Sequence record: OU509535.1
DNA: 64,000 nucleotides
Strand: one strand, 5' to 3'
Positions 38,771-48,890 of the stretch are shown here, in pieces (positions within the stretch are counted from its first letter, which is position 1; every line of letters starts with the position of its first letter). Under the pieces are notes generated by a model. That model made no database searches, was not told the DNA's origin, and was given only the letters and a program-made list of their open reading frames with translations. The translations under genes were made by a program, and so were the position numbers.

Positions 38771-39441
38771 TGAAAATTTATAATAAAGAAACTAAACTTT
38801 ATAATAATGTTATAAAATTATATAATTCGGAAATTAATTACTTAAAAAGCAAAGTCAAGAAACTCAAAAATAACCCAGTACTTAGAAATGAAATAAAAAG
38901 AACCAACGAACTATATACAAAAAAAGCAAAAACAGTATTACCAAAAGAACATTACGAAGCCAGTAGTGCATGGATGGAAGCATCCATGCATGTAAACAAA
39001 ATAAAAAACAATTTGGGAATAAAAAGTTATTCACAACTAATAATAGATTTAGAAACACAAAAGGAATTTGTATTAAAAGAAATAGAAAACCATTTAGGTT
39101 CAGTTTTATTTCATTTGTGTGAATTAGATGGTAATTCCTCAACGCATTATTCTTTCTTTAGTATGAATGGTGTATATATTTGGATTACCAACATTGCAAC
39201 AACATATATTTTATATGATAATTTTGATTATTACAGTACTGAATTATTTGAGGAACTTATAAAGTACCTTCCCAAGAAAAATTCTGAACTGAAATTCATT
39301 TTGCATGGTAAAAATAAGCATATAATTGTAAAAGATGATATTTTTATTCTTTTTGATGAAGTAAATTTTAACCATTTTAGTACAGGATCACTACAGGAAC
39401 TATTTGAAGAAATTATAAGGATTAATAATGAGTATACCTAG
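38770..39441 (+). CDS. Hypothetical protein
   Basis: TAATG overlap, 223 aa. Confidence 0.75.
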   Translation: MKIYNKETKLYNNVIKLYNSEINYLKSKVKKLKNNPVLRNEIKRTNELYTKKAKTVLPKEHYEASSAWMEASMHVNKIKNNLGIKSYSQLIIDLETQKEFVLKEIENHLGSVLFHLCELDGNSSTHYSFFSMNGVYIWITNIATTYILYDNFDYYSTELFEELIKYLPKKNSELKFILHGKNKHIIVKDDIFILFDEVNFNHFSTGSLQELFEEIIRINNEYT

Positions 39442-40642
39442 TAAATTATACGTAGCACGTTCATATGCTGGAACAGATAAAATAAATGGAAGTATAATCG
39501 ATGCAACAAAAGATCATACTAAAGCATATCAGGATAAAAAATCCAGAGTAGATCAACGCCACCGACATAATACACTGGCTTCACTTGAACTGGATAATGT
39601 CCCAACAAAGGGGTTCAGCGTAGTCAAACAATATAGTTATGTCAGCCGTGAATGTTTTTTTTCTATTCATCACCCAAGAGGTTTTGAATTTAGTATTTCA
39701 GTACAAAATATGATTGATTTGATTGCTAACAATAATATCATCAATGGTTCATTTGTTGATGAAATGTACTTCGATGATAAATTACAACTAATCAACAGTA
39801 ATACTGAAGCGTTTGAAAAAATGAAAAAACGCGAAGAAATCAAAGAGAAGAACAAAAATACAAAAGAAAATCTTAAATGTGGTAGTGGTTTTGTTTATCT
39901 GAAAAATGAATTCTATTACTGTGGTAAAGTTCATGCAATTAGTGTTCATGCAAACAAAGATTATGCATTAACTGATAAAAGTCGTTCATATGATTTAGTA
40001 TATGATATTGGCAAGAAACTCTATTCTTTGTGTAATGATTTGAGTAAGTACCAAATTGAACAAAGAGCACTTCTTAATACAAAAACTGATTTAGAAACAG
40101 AAGTACAGAAAGCAAATACATATTTTCAAAGTACAGTCAAAAAAGAATATGCACCTCTTTCCGACCAAAGAGAACCAGTACTAATTCATACCAAATCATT
40201 CAAGAAATCCGACTTACGTATTCAGTACAATGATATTTCTTATTCAGAAATGTCAAACGGTGTAAATTATTTTTGTTCTAATTTATTATACTTAGCAGAA
40301 TATAATAATAACACATATAGAGTGTTCTTTGGTCTTAATAAAAACTATAAGCCAGGTGTATACCGACATTATAGTAATGATTATGATATAATCAATTCTG
40401 GTAATTTTGAGATTTACTGTGCATACCCATGTACTGTGTCAGAAAATACATTAGAAATGGATGTTGACATTAATAGTCATTATTCTTTTGCTATGTGGGG
40501 TGTATATAAATCACCATTCTATCCACCATCCAAGCGTTATGACGCACATAGTACCAGTTATAAAAACAAAAAGGAACTAATTCATCTTGATCCATCTAAT
40601 ACAGTACTAAAAGTTGGTCGTTATTATCTACAAGGAAAGTAA
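39428..40642 (+). CDS. Hypothetical protein
   Basis: 404 aa intact ORF; function not recognised. Confidence 0.8.
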   Translation: MSIPSKLYVARSYAGTDKINGSIIDATKDHTKAYQDKKSRVDQRHRHNTLASLELDNVPTKGFSVVKQYSYVSRECFFSIHHPRGFEFSISVQNMIDLIANNNIINGSFVDEMYFDDKLQLINSNTEAFEKMKKREEIKEKNKNTKENLKCGSGFVYLKNEFYYCGKVHAISVHANKDYALTDKSRSYDLVYDIGKKLYSLCNDLSKYQIEQRALLNTKTDLETEVQKANTYFQSTVKKEYAPLSDQREPVLIHTKSFKKSDLRIQYNDISYSEMSNGVNYFCSNLLYLAEYNNNTYRVFFGLNKNYKPGVYRHYSNDYDIINSGNFEIYCAYPCTVSENTLEMDVDINSHYSFAMWGVYKSPFYPPSKRYDAHSTSYKNKKELIHLDPSNTVLKVGRYYLQGK

Positions 40643-40644
40643 AA

Positions 40645-42048
40645 ATGAGCATTCTGTCCATTCTAAATGAAATTAAAAATACCAGCAGTACTAATGCAAA
40701 AAAAGATATCCTAAGAGAAAATAAAAATAATATTTTACTACAAAAGGTAATCAAATACGCATTGGATCCTCTTAAAGTTTATGGATATAAAAAGCTTCCA
40801 GAACCAGTCTCAGACGGTTTCAAAATGAGCCTTAATGATGCACTGGACGCACTTGACCGTATTGCTAGTCGTGAATTTACTGGTCATGCTGGCCGTGATT
40901 TTATTGCATCAGTCCTTGGTTCAGTTAATGAAGATGATGCTGAAGTACTACGTAAAGTATTGGTTAAAAATCTAGATAATGGTATTCAAGCAAAAATGGC
41001 AAATGCTGTTTTTGGTAATATCGTTCTCGATGAAAGTTATATGCGTTGTGATCTACTTACTGCAAAAACAGCAAAAAAAATTAATTTTAAAAAGTTTGGT
41101 TATGCAGTTAGTGAATTAAAACATGATGGTCAATATCTTTCGCATATTATCAAAGATGGAAAAGTCACCAGTACCAGTCGTAACTCTAAAATATATGACT
41201 TTTATGGAACCAAAGATGATGATATGCTAAAACTTGCTGAACTTATTCAAAGTTCAGACTCTCGTTTTAGTTCCGGTGTTGTTGTGATGGGTGAAGCATT
41301 GGTATACAGTACTGACATGATTAACCCAGAACCACGAACTACTGGTAATGGTATTATTCAGAAATTTGGTAAAAATGGCGGTACTATTGACGAAGCCCAC
41401 AGGGTATTCTTTAAACTATGGGATGTTGTTCCATATGATGCGTTCATTGAAGGTGAGTGGGATGTTATTAGAAAGGAACGCCGAGAACTATTAGAAAATA
41501 CATTAAATGAATTAAATTCTAACTTTGTTAAAATGACTGAGTACAGAATCGTTCATTCATTTAAAGAAGCATTTGATTATAATACAGAAGTGATGACACA
41601 AGGTTCCGAAGGTACTATCATCAAGTCTGAAGACAATATTTTCAAATCACATACATCACCAACACAACTTAAAGTCAAACTCAAGATGGAAGTTGATTTG
41701 AAAATTGTTGGATTTGAAAAAGGTGTAGGAAAACGTAAAGGAACACTTGGTTCTATTATTCTACAAAGTGATGATGGTCAATTAGTGACCAACTGTGGGA
41801 CTGGTTTCACTGATAAAATGCTTGACGAAATCTGGAAAAACAGAGATAATCTTCTTTACAAAATCGTAGCAGTTGAAGCAAATGATATAGTACTGGATAA
41901 GCGTACAAAAGTTCCAAGTTTATTCTTACCAGTATTTGTGGAAATTCGTGAAGATAAAGATACTGCTGATACTTATAGTAGAATTCAAGAAATTAAAGAA
42001 AGTAGTATTGAAGTATTCAGTACTAAACTGTTAGAATCAATCAAATAA
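40645..42048 (+). CDS. lig: ATP-dependent DNA ligase
   Basis: Motif I ELKHDG, VMGEA, FKLWD, EGTIIK, KVK, OB-fold GTGF, SLFLPVF..IREDK. Confidence 0.95.
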   Translation: MSILSILNEIKNTSSTNAKKDILRENKNNILLQKVIKYALDPLKVYGYKKLPEPVSDGFKMSLNDALDALDRIASREFTGHAGRDFIASVLGSVNEDDAEVLRKVLVKNLDNGIQAKMANAVFGNIVLDESYMRCDLLTAKTAKKINFKKFGYAVSELKHDGQYLSHIIKDGKVTSTSRNSKIYDFYGTKDDDMLKLAELIQSSDSRFSSGVVVMGEALVYSTDMINPEPRTTGNGIIQKFGKNGGTIDEAHRVFFKLWDVVPYDAFIEGEWDVIRKERRELLENTLNELNSNFVKMTEYRIVHSFKEAFDYNTEVMTQGSEGTIIKSEDNIFKSHTSPTQLKVKLKMEVDLKIVGFEKGVGKRKGTLGSIILQSDDGQLVTNCGTGFTDKMLDEIWKNRDNLLYKIVAVEANDIVLDKRTKVPSLFLPVFVEIREDKDTADTYSRIQEIKESSIEVFSTKLLESIK

Positions 42049-42056
42049 GGTATATT

Positions 42057-42350
42057 ATGAAAATTAAATCACTAATTGCAGGTTTTTCATTGGCATCTAT
42101 TATTTTCATTACTGGTTGTACTGATGCAACTCAATCACAAATCATGTCACTTGGTAATATTCATCAAGTTAAATGTTATAGTGGTGGAGTAGAAATCTTT
42201 AATGATTACAGTACTGGTAAAGTGAATGATGAAAGTGGTAATGGTATTGGATATGAATCTTACTATACTAAACAATATGTAAACACATATGCAGATTGTA
42301 TTGTACATACTATGCCAAATAATTTTGTACCTCCTTCTAAATCAGAATAA
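42057..42350 (+). CDS. Putative lipoprotein
   Basis: Lipobox-like FITGC after hydrophobic leader. Confidence 0.7.
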   Translation: MKIKSLIAGFSLASIIFITGCTDATQSQIMSLGNIHQVKCYSGGVEIFNDYSTGKVNDESGNGIGYESYYTKQYVNTYADCIVHTMPNNFVPPSKSE

Positions 42351-42363
42351 GGAATATTAAAAT

Positions 42364-42389
42364 AGAGCACTTTGTGCTCTCTAATTTTT
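42364..42389 (+). terminator. Probable terminator
   Basis: AGAGCAC-ttt-GTGCTCT then T-rich. Confidence 0.5.
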
Positions 42390-42785
42390 ATGTACATAAA
42401 AATGCTAAATTTTAGTAATAATGATTTTATATTTACATCAACTGCATCACCACAGTCGTATTTGAATATGAATAATCTACCTTATGGTATTATGTATCAT
42501 TGTGATGTATCTACAATTTTTGATTCCAATAATCCTGAATTTCATTTCGTTGAAAAATCAAGATATAATAACAATGTTGGTATTATCAATGGTGGATTAT
42601 ATGAATATGCATTTGATTACGATAAAAATTATTATGTAGCAATACCAAATAGTAGTTTAGTGTATTCATATATGCTGACTGATATAATTGGATTACCATT
42701 CAGTACTAAATTATTGAAATTTGATTTGAGGGTGATTGAACCAGTACTATTATGGGATTTTATTTTTGCAATGAAATCGCTTTAA
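42390..42785 (+). CDS. Hypothetical protein
   Basis: Start uncertain (42390/42402), no clear SD. Confidence 0.55.
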   Translation: MYIKMLNFSNNDFIFTSTASPQSYLNMNNLPYGIMYHCDVSTIFDSNNPEFHFVEKSRYNNNVGIINGGLYEYAFDYDKNYYVAIPNSSLVYSYMLTDIIGLPFSTKLLKFDLRVIEPVLLWDFIFAMKSL

Positions 42786-42788
42786 TTC

Positions 42789-42817
42789 TTGACAAATGTG
42801 AAAATTTGTGATATAGT
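42789..42817 (+). promoter_or_regulatory. sigma70-type promoter
   Basis: TTGACA-17 nt-TATAGT with extended TG. Confidence 0.8.
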
Positions 42818-42929
42818 GATTGTAATGATTGCAGTATTAAAATACGTATATGTAAAATGGAGAATATATACTATGATTAATTTGACATAAGAAGAAACTG
42901 CTGTTATTATAAAAAAAAATAATCAATAA

Positions 42930-42953
42930 GCTCACCATAAGGTGAGCATTTTT
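42930..42953 (+). terminator. Intrinsic terminator
   Basis: GCTCACC-ataa-GGTGAGC then ATTTTT. Confidence 0.8.
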
Positions 42954-43002
42954 GTCTCAAAATACTTACAATTTAATAGATTAAAATATACAAAGGATTT
43001 GT

Positions 43003-43827
43003 ATGAAAGTAACAGGAAAGGGAAATCAGAAGGATGACCTATTTCATATAGATAAGTTTTTAAATACTGGTAAATTTTTACCAGGAACAATATTTTCTCG
43101 TTCAACTACTAGACAAAAGAACAATAAAGGTGTAATATCATATCCATATTGGAATTATAAATGCCCCAAATGTTCACATGATGAATTTGTTGAACATGGT
43201 TTATGTTCTGGTGTATTCGAAGGTGAATGTCAAAAACTAAAATTAGGAAAACGTAATTGTAGATGTGCTCCGACATATAGGTGGACACAAGAACAACGAG
43301 AATATCAAATACAAAAAGAAATCGATGAACGTGGTCTAGAAAATTATTTTATTGGATGGGTTGATCCTGAAGGATATAAAAATAATGGAAGTAAAATTAT
43401 AATTGGATGTATAAATTCAGATGATGATGGTACCCAACATAAAAGTTATACTATAGCAATAAATGATTTTCTCCATGGTCATAAAGGTTGTGCTAAATGT
43501 GCTGGTCAAACACAAAAACATGCATATATAAATGTTGTATATAATGAAAATAAACCAGTAGCTATAAAATTTGGAATTGCAAATGCACCACACATAAGGA
43601 TTGAATTTCAAAATAGTAAAAATTTATATAAGATGGTTCAAACGCACATTTACAAATTTTTCAGTACTGAACAATGTAAAGATGCTGAACGATATTGTAA
43701 ATCAATTTATAAAAATGTTTTAACAAAAGAACAGCTATTTGATGGTTATACTGAAACCACACTATTGGAAAATATAGAAAATATTATTCAAATCTATGAA
43801 AAATATGGTGGAATCAGAACAAAATAA
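43003..43827 (+). CDS. Putative free-standing homing endonuclease (Zn-ribbon + GIY-YIG-like C-terminus), copy 1
   Basis: CPKC, CRC, GCAKC, YINVV...IKFGIA...RI; clear paralog of 55630..56949. Confidence 0.6.
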   Translation: MKVTGKGNQKDDLFHIDKFLNTGKFLPGTIFSRSTTRQKNNKGVISYPYWNYKCPKCSHDEFVEHGLCSGVFEGECQKLKLGKRNCRCAPTYRWTQEQREYQIQKEIDERGLENYFIGWVDPEGYKNNGSKIIIGCINSDDDGTQHKSYTIAINDFLHGHKGCAKCAGQTQKHAYINVVYNENKPVAIKFGIANAPHIRIEFQNSKNLYKMVQTHIYKFFSTEQCKDAERYCKSIYKNVLTKEQLFDGYTETTLLENIENIIQIYEKYGGIRTK

Positions 43828-43830
43828 TGA

Positions 43831-43858
43831 TTGACATTTTATTTGTTTATGTTACAAT
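43831..43858 (+). promoter_or_regulatory. sigma70-type promoter of clpP
   Basis: TTGACA-16 nt-TACAAT with extended TG. Confidence 0.65.
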
Positions 43859-43896
43859 GTCTCTATAAATTGATTAATAAACACGAGGAAATACAA

Positions 43897-44598
43897 ATGC
43901 TAGATCAATTCACATTCGGTGGTTACTCATCCGGTACACAAATTACTAACTACAGTGTTCCAATTGTGGTAGAAAAAGAAAATGGGCAAGAGCGTTCTTA
44001 TGACTTGTCTTCTCGTATGATGAAAGAACGTATTATTTTCATCGATTCTGATTTCAATCCACAAATGGCACACATTCTAAAAATGCAACTACTTTGGCTT
44101 GACTCACAGGATGATGCACCAATTGTATTGTATGTATCATCGCCTGGTGGTTCTGTTCATGATGGTCTAGGTATTGCTGACGTTGCGAAATACTGTCGCT
44201 CTCCAATTCGTACTATTGTAATGGGATATGCCGCCAGTATGGGTGCGTTTACGCAAAGTACAGTAGGTACTCCAGGTCATCGTTTTGCTGGCGAATCTGC
44301 TATGATTATGTGTCACCAAGTATCTTCAGGCACTAAAGGTCTAATTACTGATCAGAAGATTGCTCTAAAGCATACTGAACGCCTTAATGAACTACTGATG
44401 AAACGCATTGCTGAAAGTGTTGGTGTTTCATATGAACAACTACTTGAAGATGCTGACCGTGACTTGTGGCTAAATGCTGAAGAGTCACTAAATTATGGTA
44501 CTAAAGGTTTCATTGATGGTATTATTCTTAGTGCTAAAAATGAAAAAGGTGAATTCCTAGTTCGTCGCCGCGGTGGCGTAGAAGAGTGGGTCAAATAA
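43897..44598 (+). CDS. clpP: ClpP protease proteolytic subunit
   Basis: GAGGA SD; VPIVVE..ERSYDLSSRMMKERII, SPGGSV, AASMG (Ser), MCHQ (His), DRD (Asp). Confidence 0.95.
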   Translation: MLDQFTFGGYSSGTQITNYSVPIVVEKENGQERSYDLSSRMMKERIIFIDSDFNPQMAHILKMQLLWLDSQDDAPIVLYVSSPGGSVHDGLGIADVAKYCRSPIRTIVMGYAASMGAFTQSTVGTPGHRFAGESAMIMCHQVSSGTKGLITDQKIALKHTERLNELLMKRIAESVGVSYEQLLEDADRDLWLNAEESLNYGTKGFIDGIILSAKNEKGEFLVRRRGGVEEWVK

Positions 44599-44618
44599 TT
44601 TAGTACTGAATAATTAAA

Positions 44619-44641
44619 ACCCTCCAATTGGAGGGTATTTT
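44619..44641 (+). terminator. Intrinsic terminator
   Basis: ACCCTCC-aatt-GGAGGGT then ATTTT. Confidence 0.7.
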
Positions 44642-44655
44642 GTATAGAGAGTAAT

Positions 44656-44937
44656 ATGAAACAATTAATTCGAAACAATACAAATGAAGAATCCGAAATT
44701 CTAGATGATACTGAATTTCTCAGTACTGCATTAGAACAGATCAGTACTACTGCATTAAATCTCAAAGAAGTTGATGCAACTGATAAATTGCTTGATGGTT
44801 TTTCAGATATTCTTGAACTTCTTAGTGAAGTACTTCTTAAAAATAATATCAATCCAAAAAATGCTTTTATTCATGCAGAAAATCTACGTCAAGAAAAGGG
44901 AACTTTTCATGACAAGAAAGCAATTAATAAAGACTAA
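44656..44937 (+). CDS. Hypothetical protein
   Basis: 93 aa. Confidence 0.7.
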   Translation: MKQLIRNNTNEESEILDDTEFLSTALEQISTTALNLKEVDATDKLLDGFSDILELLSEVLLKNNINPKNAFIHAENLRQEKGTFHDKKAINKD

Positions 44938-44960
44938 CATCAATTAAAAGGAATTAGAAT

Positions 44961-45425
44961 ATGTCACAACAAGAACAATATGAACTAGGTAAAGTATCTT
45001 TCAACAACGGTATTGTATATACTCAGGAAGAACTTAAACAATGTAATCCACTATTTCGAACTGGATATAAGGCTGCACAACAAGCAGCGATGCTACGAAA
45101 TAACAACATTTTCCCCACTGTACTCTTCGATGTTCCAAAACGTCCAGAAATTTTCAAACCAACATGGGTTGATATCATGAGTGCAATGAAACGCCCGCGA
45201 TACCATCGCTTACATAGTAATGAAGGCCGTTGGTTGATGTTTGGTATTGCTAAGCATATTGAAACACGTACAAGTGAAATCAAGCGTTATAAAGACGTGC
45301 TCACTATGGTGGATGAAGCATTTGACTATGTTCTCCAATATGGTTATGATGAAGGTGTATTAACGGCACAGGATTGTGAGCAATATAATTACACACCAAA
45401 GCCAGTAATTGCAAATAAAGAATAA
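44961..45425 (+). CDS. Hypothetical protein
   Basis: AAGGA SD, 154 aa. Confidence 0.75.
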   Translation: MSQQEQYELGKVSFNNGIVYTQEELKQCNPLFRTGYKAAQQAAMLRNNNIFPTVLFDVPKRPEIFKPTWVDIMSAMKRPRYHRLHSNEGRWLMFGIAKHIETRTSEIKRYKDVLTMVDEAFDYVLQYGYDEGVLTAQDCEQYNYTPKPVIANKE

Positions 45426-45474
45426 AATAGATCCAGTACTACACTCTATGTGGTATTTTTGAGGTAATTGTAAT

Positions 45475-45834
45475 ATGCGTAAAATTATTTGTGTTGATAT
45501 GGATTATTCCGCTGATCCTCTGTGGTTAGGAATTGAAGATGTAGATGAACCAGAAAGTATTTCATTCATCAATGAATGTTTGACTGATTACGAGGATGTT
45601 TTGAGTAATGAAGTACTACACAGTTTAACTCTATTCCAATCCACATGGGAAAGTTTTCACAGTTCAAAATACAAATCGGTATTTTCTGCATATTCTTTTC
45701 CTGGATCATTCAGTACCAAAGAATACCTGAGTACTTTAGCTTTTTTGTGTGCTTCACAAATTAAAAAAGAACACCCAGAATGGCGTGTATTTTATACCTC
45801 AATGTATGATTATGAAAGGACTGAATTAAAATGA
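45475..45834 (+). CDS. Hypothetical protein
   Basis: GAGGT SD, 119 aa. Confidence 0.75.
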   Translation: MRKIICVDMDYSADPLWLGIEDVDEPESISFINECLTDYEDVLSNEVLHSLTLFQSTWESFHSSKYKSVFSAYSFPGSFSTKEYLSTLAFLCASQIKKEHPEWRVFYTSMYDYERTELK

Positions 45835-46379
45835 AATTAAAAAATGCAGATGTAAAAAACATTAGTACTAAAATTGAATACTTGCATAAGCGTAGAATTG
45901 AACTTGCATATGAAATTAGTACTAAAGCATATAATTTAGTTAAAGGGTTATATGCCGAATATGAAAAAAATTTCAAATATAGTATTTTAAATACACTTCA
46001 ATTCAAACCACAATCTTTTGATAGTTTTGAGAAAGATTTGTTTGGTGGTGGAGGATTCTATAGTACCAAAAAGAAAATTGTACTTGATGTAGTTAATCAG
46101 ACCAATCCAGGTGTTACTAGGGTGATATTTGTTGATGCTTTGTGGTTTAAAGTCAAATATACTATAACCAACGAAAAGGATGATGATTTTATTCATCGTG
46201 CTGATACAGTAGGTCAAATTTTTGTAGATCATAATAAAGACTTTGATTTTTATAAAAAATTCCGTATTATTTCTGAATTGGGTGATATAGAATATGAAGA
46301 TTCAGATTTATCCCGAATTACACGTTGGGAAAGAGAGATTGATAATATGGAATCAATTTTAGCGGATTACAATAAATGA
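45831..46379 (+). CDS. Hypothetical protein
   Basis: ATGA overlap, 182 aa. Confidence 0.75.
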   Translation: MKLKNADVKNISTKIEYLHKRRIELAYEISTKAYNLVKGLYAEYEKNFKYSILNTLQFKPQSFDSFEKDLFGGGGFYSTKKKIVLDVVNQTNPGVTRVIFVDALWFKVKYTITNEKDDDFIHRADTVGQIFVDHNKDFDFYKKFRIISELGDIEYEDSDLSRITRWEREIDNMESILADYNK

Positions 46380-46903
46380 TATATCATTTAACTGAAGAAC
46401 AAAGTACTGAATACTTTAACAATTTAGAAGCAGTTCTGGACTATCATAAAAAAATTCATACAGATGCATGTAATATTTTAAATTCTTGGTATACTTTTTA
46501 TAAACTGAATTTTAATAACCTACCGTGGTATATGAAATTTGGTGTTTTATCATATAAAAAGTTTTTAGCATCTATTGCTAATGATACTGGGTTAGAAATC
46601 AGAAATAAAATGTATCAATATGTAACACCACGTAATATGTCTGGATGGGTTTATAAATTAAAAATTAATAAAATCCAAAAATTAACTGGTATTGATTTAA
46701 GTACCGAAAGTATAAATTTAGTAATTCATGCAATGCATTTTGGTTTACAATATGATAGTATGTATGATTTGTATAGAACATTAGAAAAAATAAAAAAATA
46801 TGGTTCAATTCCATATACTATTGATGAATATGATTTGAAAATTTTCGAACATGTATCATTTTTAGTACAACATTATAATATAGAGAAATATAATGAAGCA
46901 TAA
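46376..46903 (+). CDS. Hypothetical protein
   Basis: ATGA overlap, 175 aa. Confidence 0.75.
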   Translation: MIYHLTEEQSTEYFNNLEAVLDYHKKIHTDACNILNSWYTFYKLNFNNLPWYMKFGVLSYKKFLASIANDTGLEIRNKMYQYVTPRNMSGWVYKLKINKIQKLTGIDLSTESINLVIHAMHFGLQYDSMYDLYRTLEKIKKYGSIPYTIDEYDLKIFEHVSFLVQHYNIEKYNEA

Positions 46904-47363
46904 AACATGGTTAAATATTGCTAAAGCGGTTGCTGAGGAAAGTAAATGTATTTCACATAAAGTTGGTGCAGTAATTGTAAAGAATAACAGGATTCTAAGT
47001 ACTGGGTATAATGGTACAAGTTCTGGTGCAGTTAATTGTTGTGATGCGAATAGTCATTTAATTCATAATAATGAATTTCAAAATTGGGTATCAGATGAAG
47101 CTAAACATGAACATCATGAGTGGAGTAATATTCATGAAATTCACGCAGAAATGAATGCTTTATTGTATAGCTCTCCACAAGAACGACAGGGTGCAACTCT
47201 TTATAGTACAATGCAACCCTGCTATACCTGTTCTAAATTAATTGCAGGAAGTGGTATTACTAATGTAATTTATGAAAAAGAATACCCACGTACACCACCC
47301 GAAGCAATTGAAGTTTTAAAAGATGCTGGTATTACAGTTAATAAATTGTCAGATTTGGAATAA
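46893..47363 (+). CDS. cd: dCMP deaminase
   Basis: SKC...VGAVIV...ILSTGYNG, HAEMNAL, PCYTC. Confidence 0.92.
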   Translation: MKHKTWLNIAKAVAEESKCISHKVGAVIVKNNRILSTGYNGTSSGAVNCCDANSHLIHNNEFQNWVSDEAKHEHHEWSNIHEIHAEMNALLYSSPQERQGATLYSTMQPCYTCSKLIAGSGITNVIYEKEYPRTPPEAIEVLKDAGITVNKLSDLE

Positions 47364-47433
47364 TTATTTTAACATAATAAATGTACTTTTTGAATTATAT
47401 GTAATTAGTATCTTTTGAGTTAAAATAATAAAA

Positions 47434-47465
47434 AAGGAGAACAGCAACGTTCTCCTTAATTTTTT
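47434..47465. terminator. Bidirectional terminator between convergent genes
   Basis: AAGGAGAAC-agcaac-GTTCTCCTT with A-run upstream and T-run downstream. Confidence 0.75.
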
Positions 47466-47468
47466 AAA

Positions 47469-48107
47469 TTATTCTACTGTGACTTCAACAGTATCAGTTT
47501 TGTTTCCATCATTGGTGGTTACAGTTATAGTTGCAGTACCAGTAGCTACATATGAAACTAGTCCAGTACTATCTACAGTACAAACACCCACTGCACTGGA
47601 AGACCATGTAACAGATTTATCGGTTGCATCCAATGGTAGTACTGAGATACTCAATTGTTCAGTACCACCTACAGCACCAGTAAGAGTTTTTGGTGAAACA
47701 GTAACGCTTTCTACATGAACGATTGGTGGTTTTACGTTAGTGCGTCTAAAGATAAATCCACCATTATCCAACTTGACTTTGTTGAGTTGGTAGAGTATAC
47801 TGAATCCCTCGACACCGGTTTTTGGGTCAGATTCTTTGATACAAAAGGTATTTACTGCTAGTGAATCAGCAATATCTTCGTCAGCATCGGAATATTTTAG
47901 TGCTACCAGATTTGAATCGCGGTGAACTAGTCTAATAAATGTATAAACAGTTCCATCTGTGGAAATCAAATCATACACATCAAAAGTTCTTTGTTTGTAT
48001 ACAAATAGGTCGCCAACATGAACTGTACCATTAACATTTGCCGCAGTGACTTTCAATCCATCAACAACAAACGGATAATGGTTTTGTTTTGCGATAACAC
48101 GTGCCAT
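47469..48107 (-). CDS. Ig-like (Big_2) domain protein, probably virion-associated
   Basis: VESVTVSP..L.GAVGGTEQLS..VLP.DATDKSVTWSSS..GV.TVD..G.V.....GTATITVTT.DGNKT; GGGAG SD on - strand. Confidence 0.85.
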   Translation of the reverse strand: MARVIAKQNHYPFVVDGLKVTAANVNGTVHVGDLFVYKQRTFDVYDLISTDGTVYTFIRLVHRDSNLVALKYSDADEDIADSLAVNTFCIKESDPKTGVEGFSILYQLNKVKLDNGGFIFRRTNVKPPIVHVESVTVSPKTLTGAVGGTEQLSISVLPLDATDKSVTWSSSAVGVCTVDSTGLVSYVATGTATITVTTNDGNKTDTVEVTVE

Positions 48108-48206
48108 TATTTTCTCCCTTTTATAAAAACTTGTAAACGTTATTAAATTTATGTTTATTATAAAATTTTATATAACCTTACTATTATTTACCAATTTAGA
48201 GGAAAT

Positions 48207-48803
48207 ATGTTTATTGTACTAAAAGAATTTTTATATAATACATTAATTGCTTTTTCACTTATTTTCCCATCACATGATATTCAACAGAATGTAACTGTAA
48301 ACGATAGTAACGTATTAATTTTTAATACGAAAATAAACGACGAATCAGTACAAAGAGCAGAAACATTATATAAGAAATATAAGTACAAAACCATTTCTAT
48401 TACCTCACCTGGAGGTGATGTGAATTCTAGTTTTGAATTAGCAGTCTTTGCTTCTGACCATAATATTAAAGTTCATGTACCACAGTACTGTGCTAGTGCA
48501 TGTACAGTTATATTTTTTGCTGCTGATAAACAAAACAGGGTTATGGATAAAGATGCTATTATCGCTATTCATAATGTTTCGGTTGTGGCTAATAATGATA
48601 TTTCTGGTAATGAAACCATATCTATCAATACTGCCATGGATTTAATGAAAGATACATCAGAAATCGTAGCATCTATGTATAGTTTATATGCATATGTTGG
48701 TATTCCAGGTGAAATCCTGATGAGAACAAGCACTATGCACGGATCTGATTCTTATCAAATAACAAAAAAACAACTCCAAATGTGGGGCATTTTAGAAAAA
48801 TAA
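48207..48803 (+). CDS. Exported ClpP/crotonase-fold protein
   Basis: Hydrophobic leader, TSPGGDV, CASAC, IAIH. Confidence 0.6.
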   Translation: MFIVLKEFLYNTLIAFSLIFPSHDIQQNVTVNDSNVLIFNTKINDESVQRAETLYKKYKYKTISITSPGGDVNSSFELAVFASDHNIKVHVPQYCASACTVIFFAADKQNRVMDKDAIIAIHNVSVVANNDISGNETISINTAMDLMKDTSEIVASMYSLYAYVGIPGEILMRTSTMHGSDSYQITKKQLQMWGILEK

Positions 48804-48825
48804 ATCTGTACAAGAATATCATTTG

Positions 48826-48834
48826 TGATATAAT
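48826..48834 (+). promoter_or_regulatory. Extended -10 promoter for nadM-nadV
   Basis: TG-a-TATAAT. Confidence 0.5.
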
Positions 48835-48842
48835 AATTAAAC

Positions 48843-48890
48843 AGAGAGTGATGTAGCTCTCTTTTATATAGCTTAGGGAGTACTAAGACA
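48843..48890 (+). promoter_or_regulatory. Two-hairpin 5' leader of nadM
   Basis: AGAGAG/CTCTCT hairpin then CTTAG-GGAGTA-CTAAG enclosing the SD. Confidence 0.5.

Noticed and set aside
43831-43896. TTG start and 22-aa N-terminal extension of ClpP given by the ORF track
   Set aside because: The TTG is the -35 box TTGACA; a GAGGA SD points to ATG43897.
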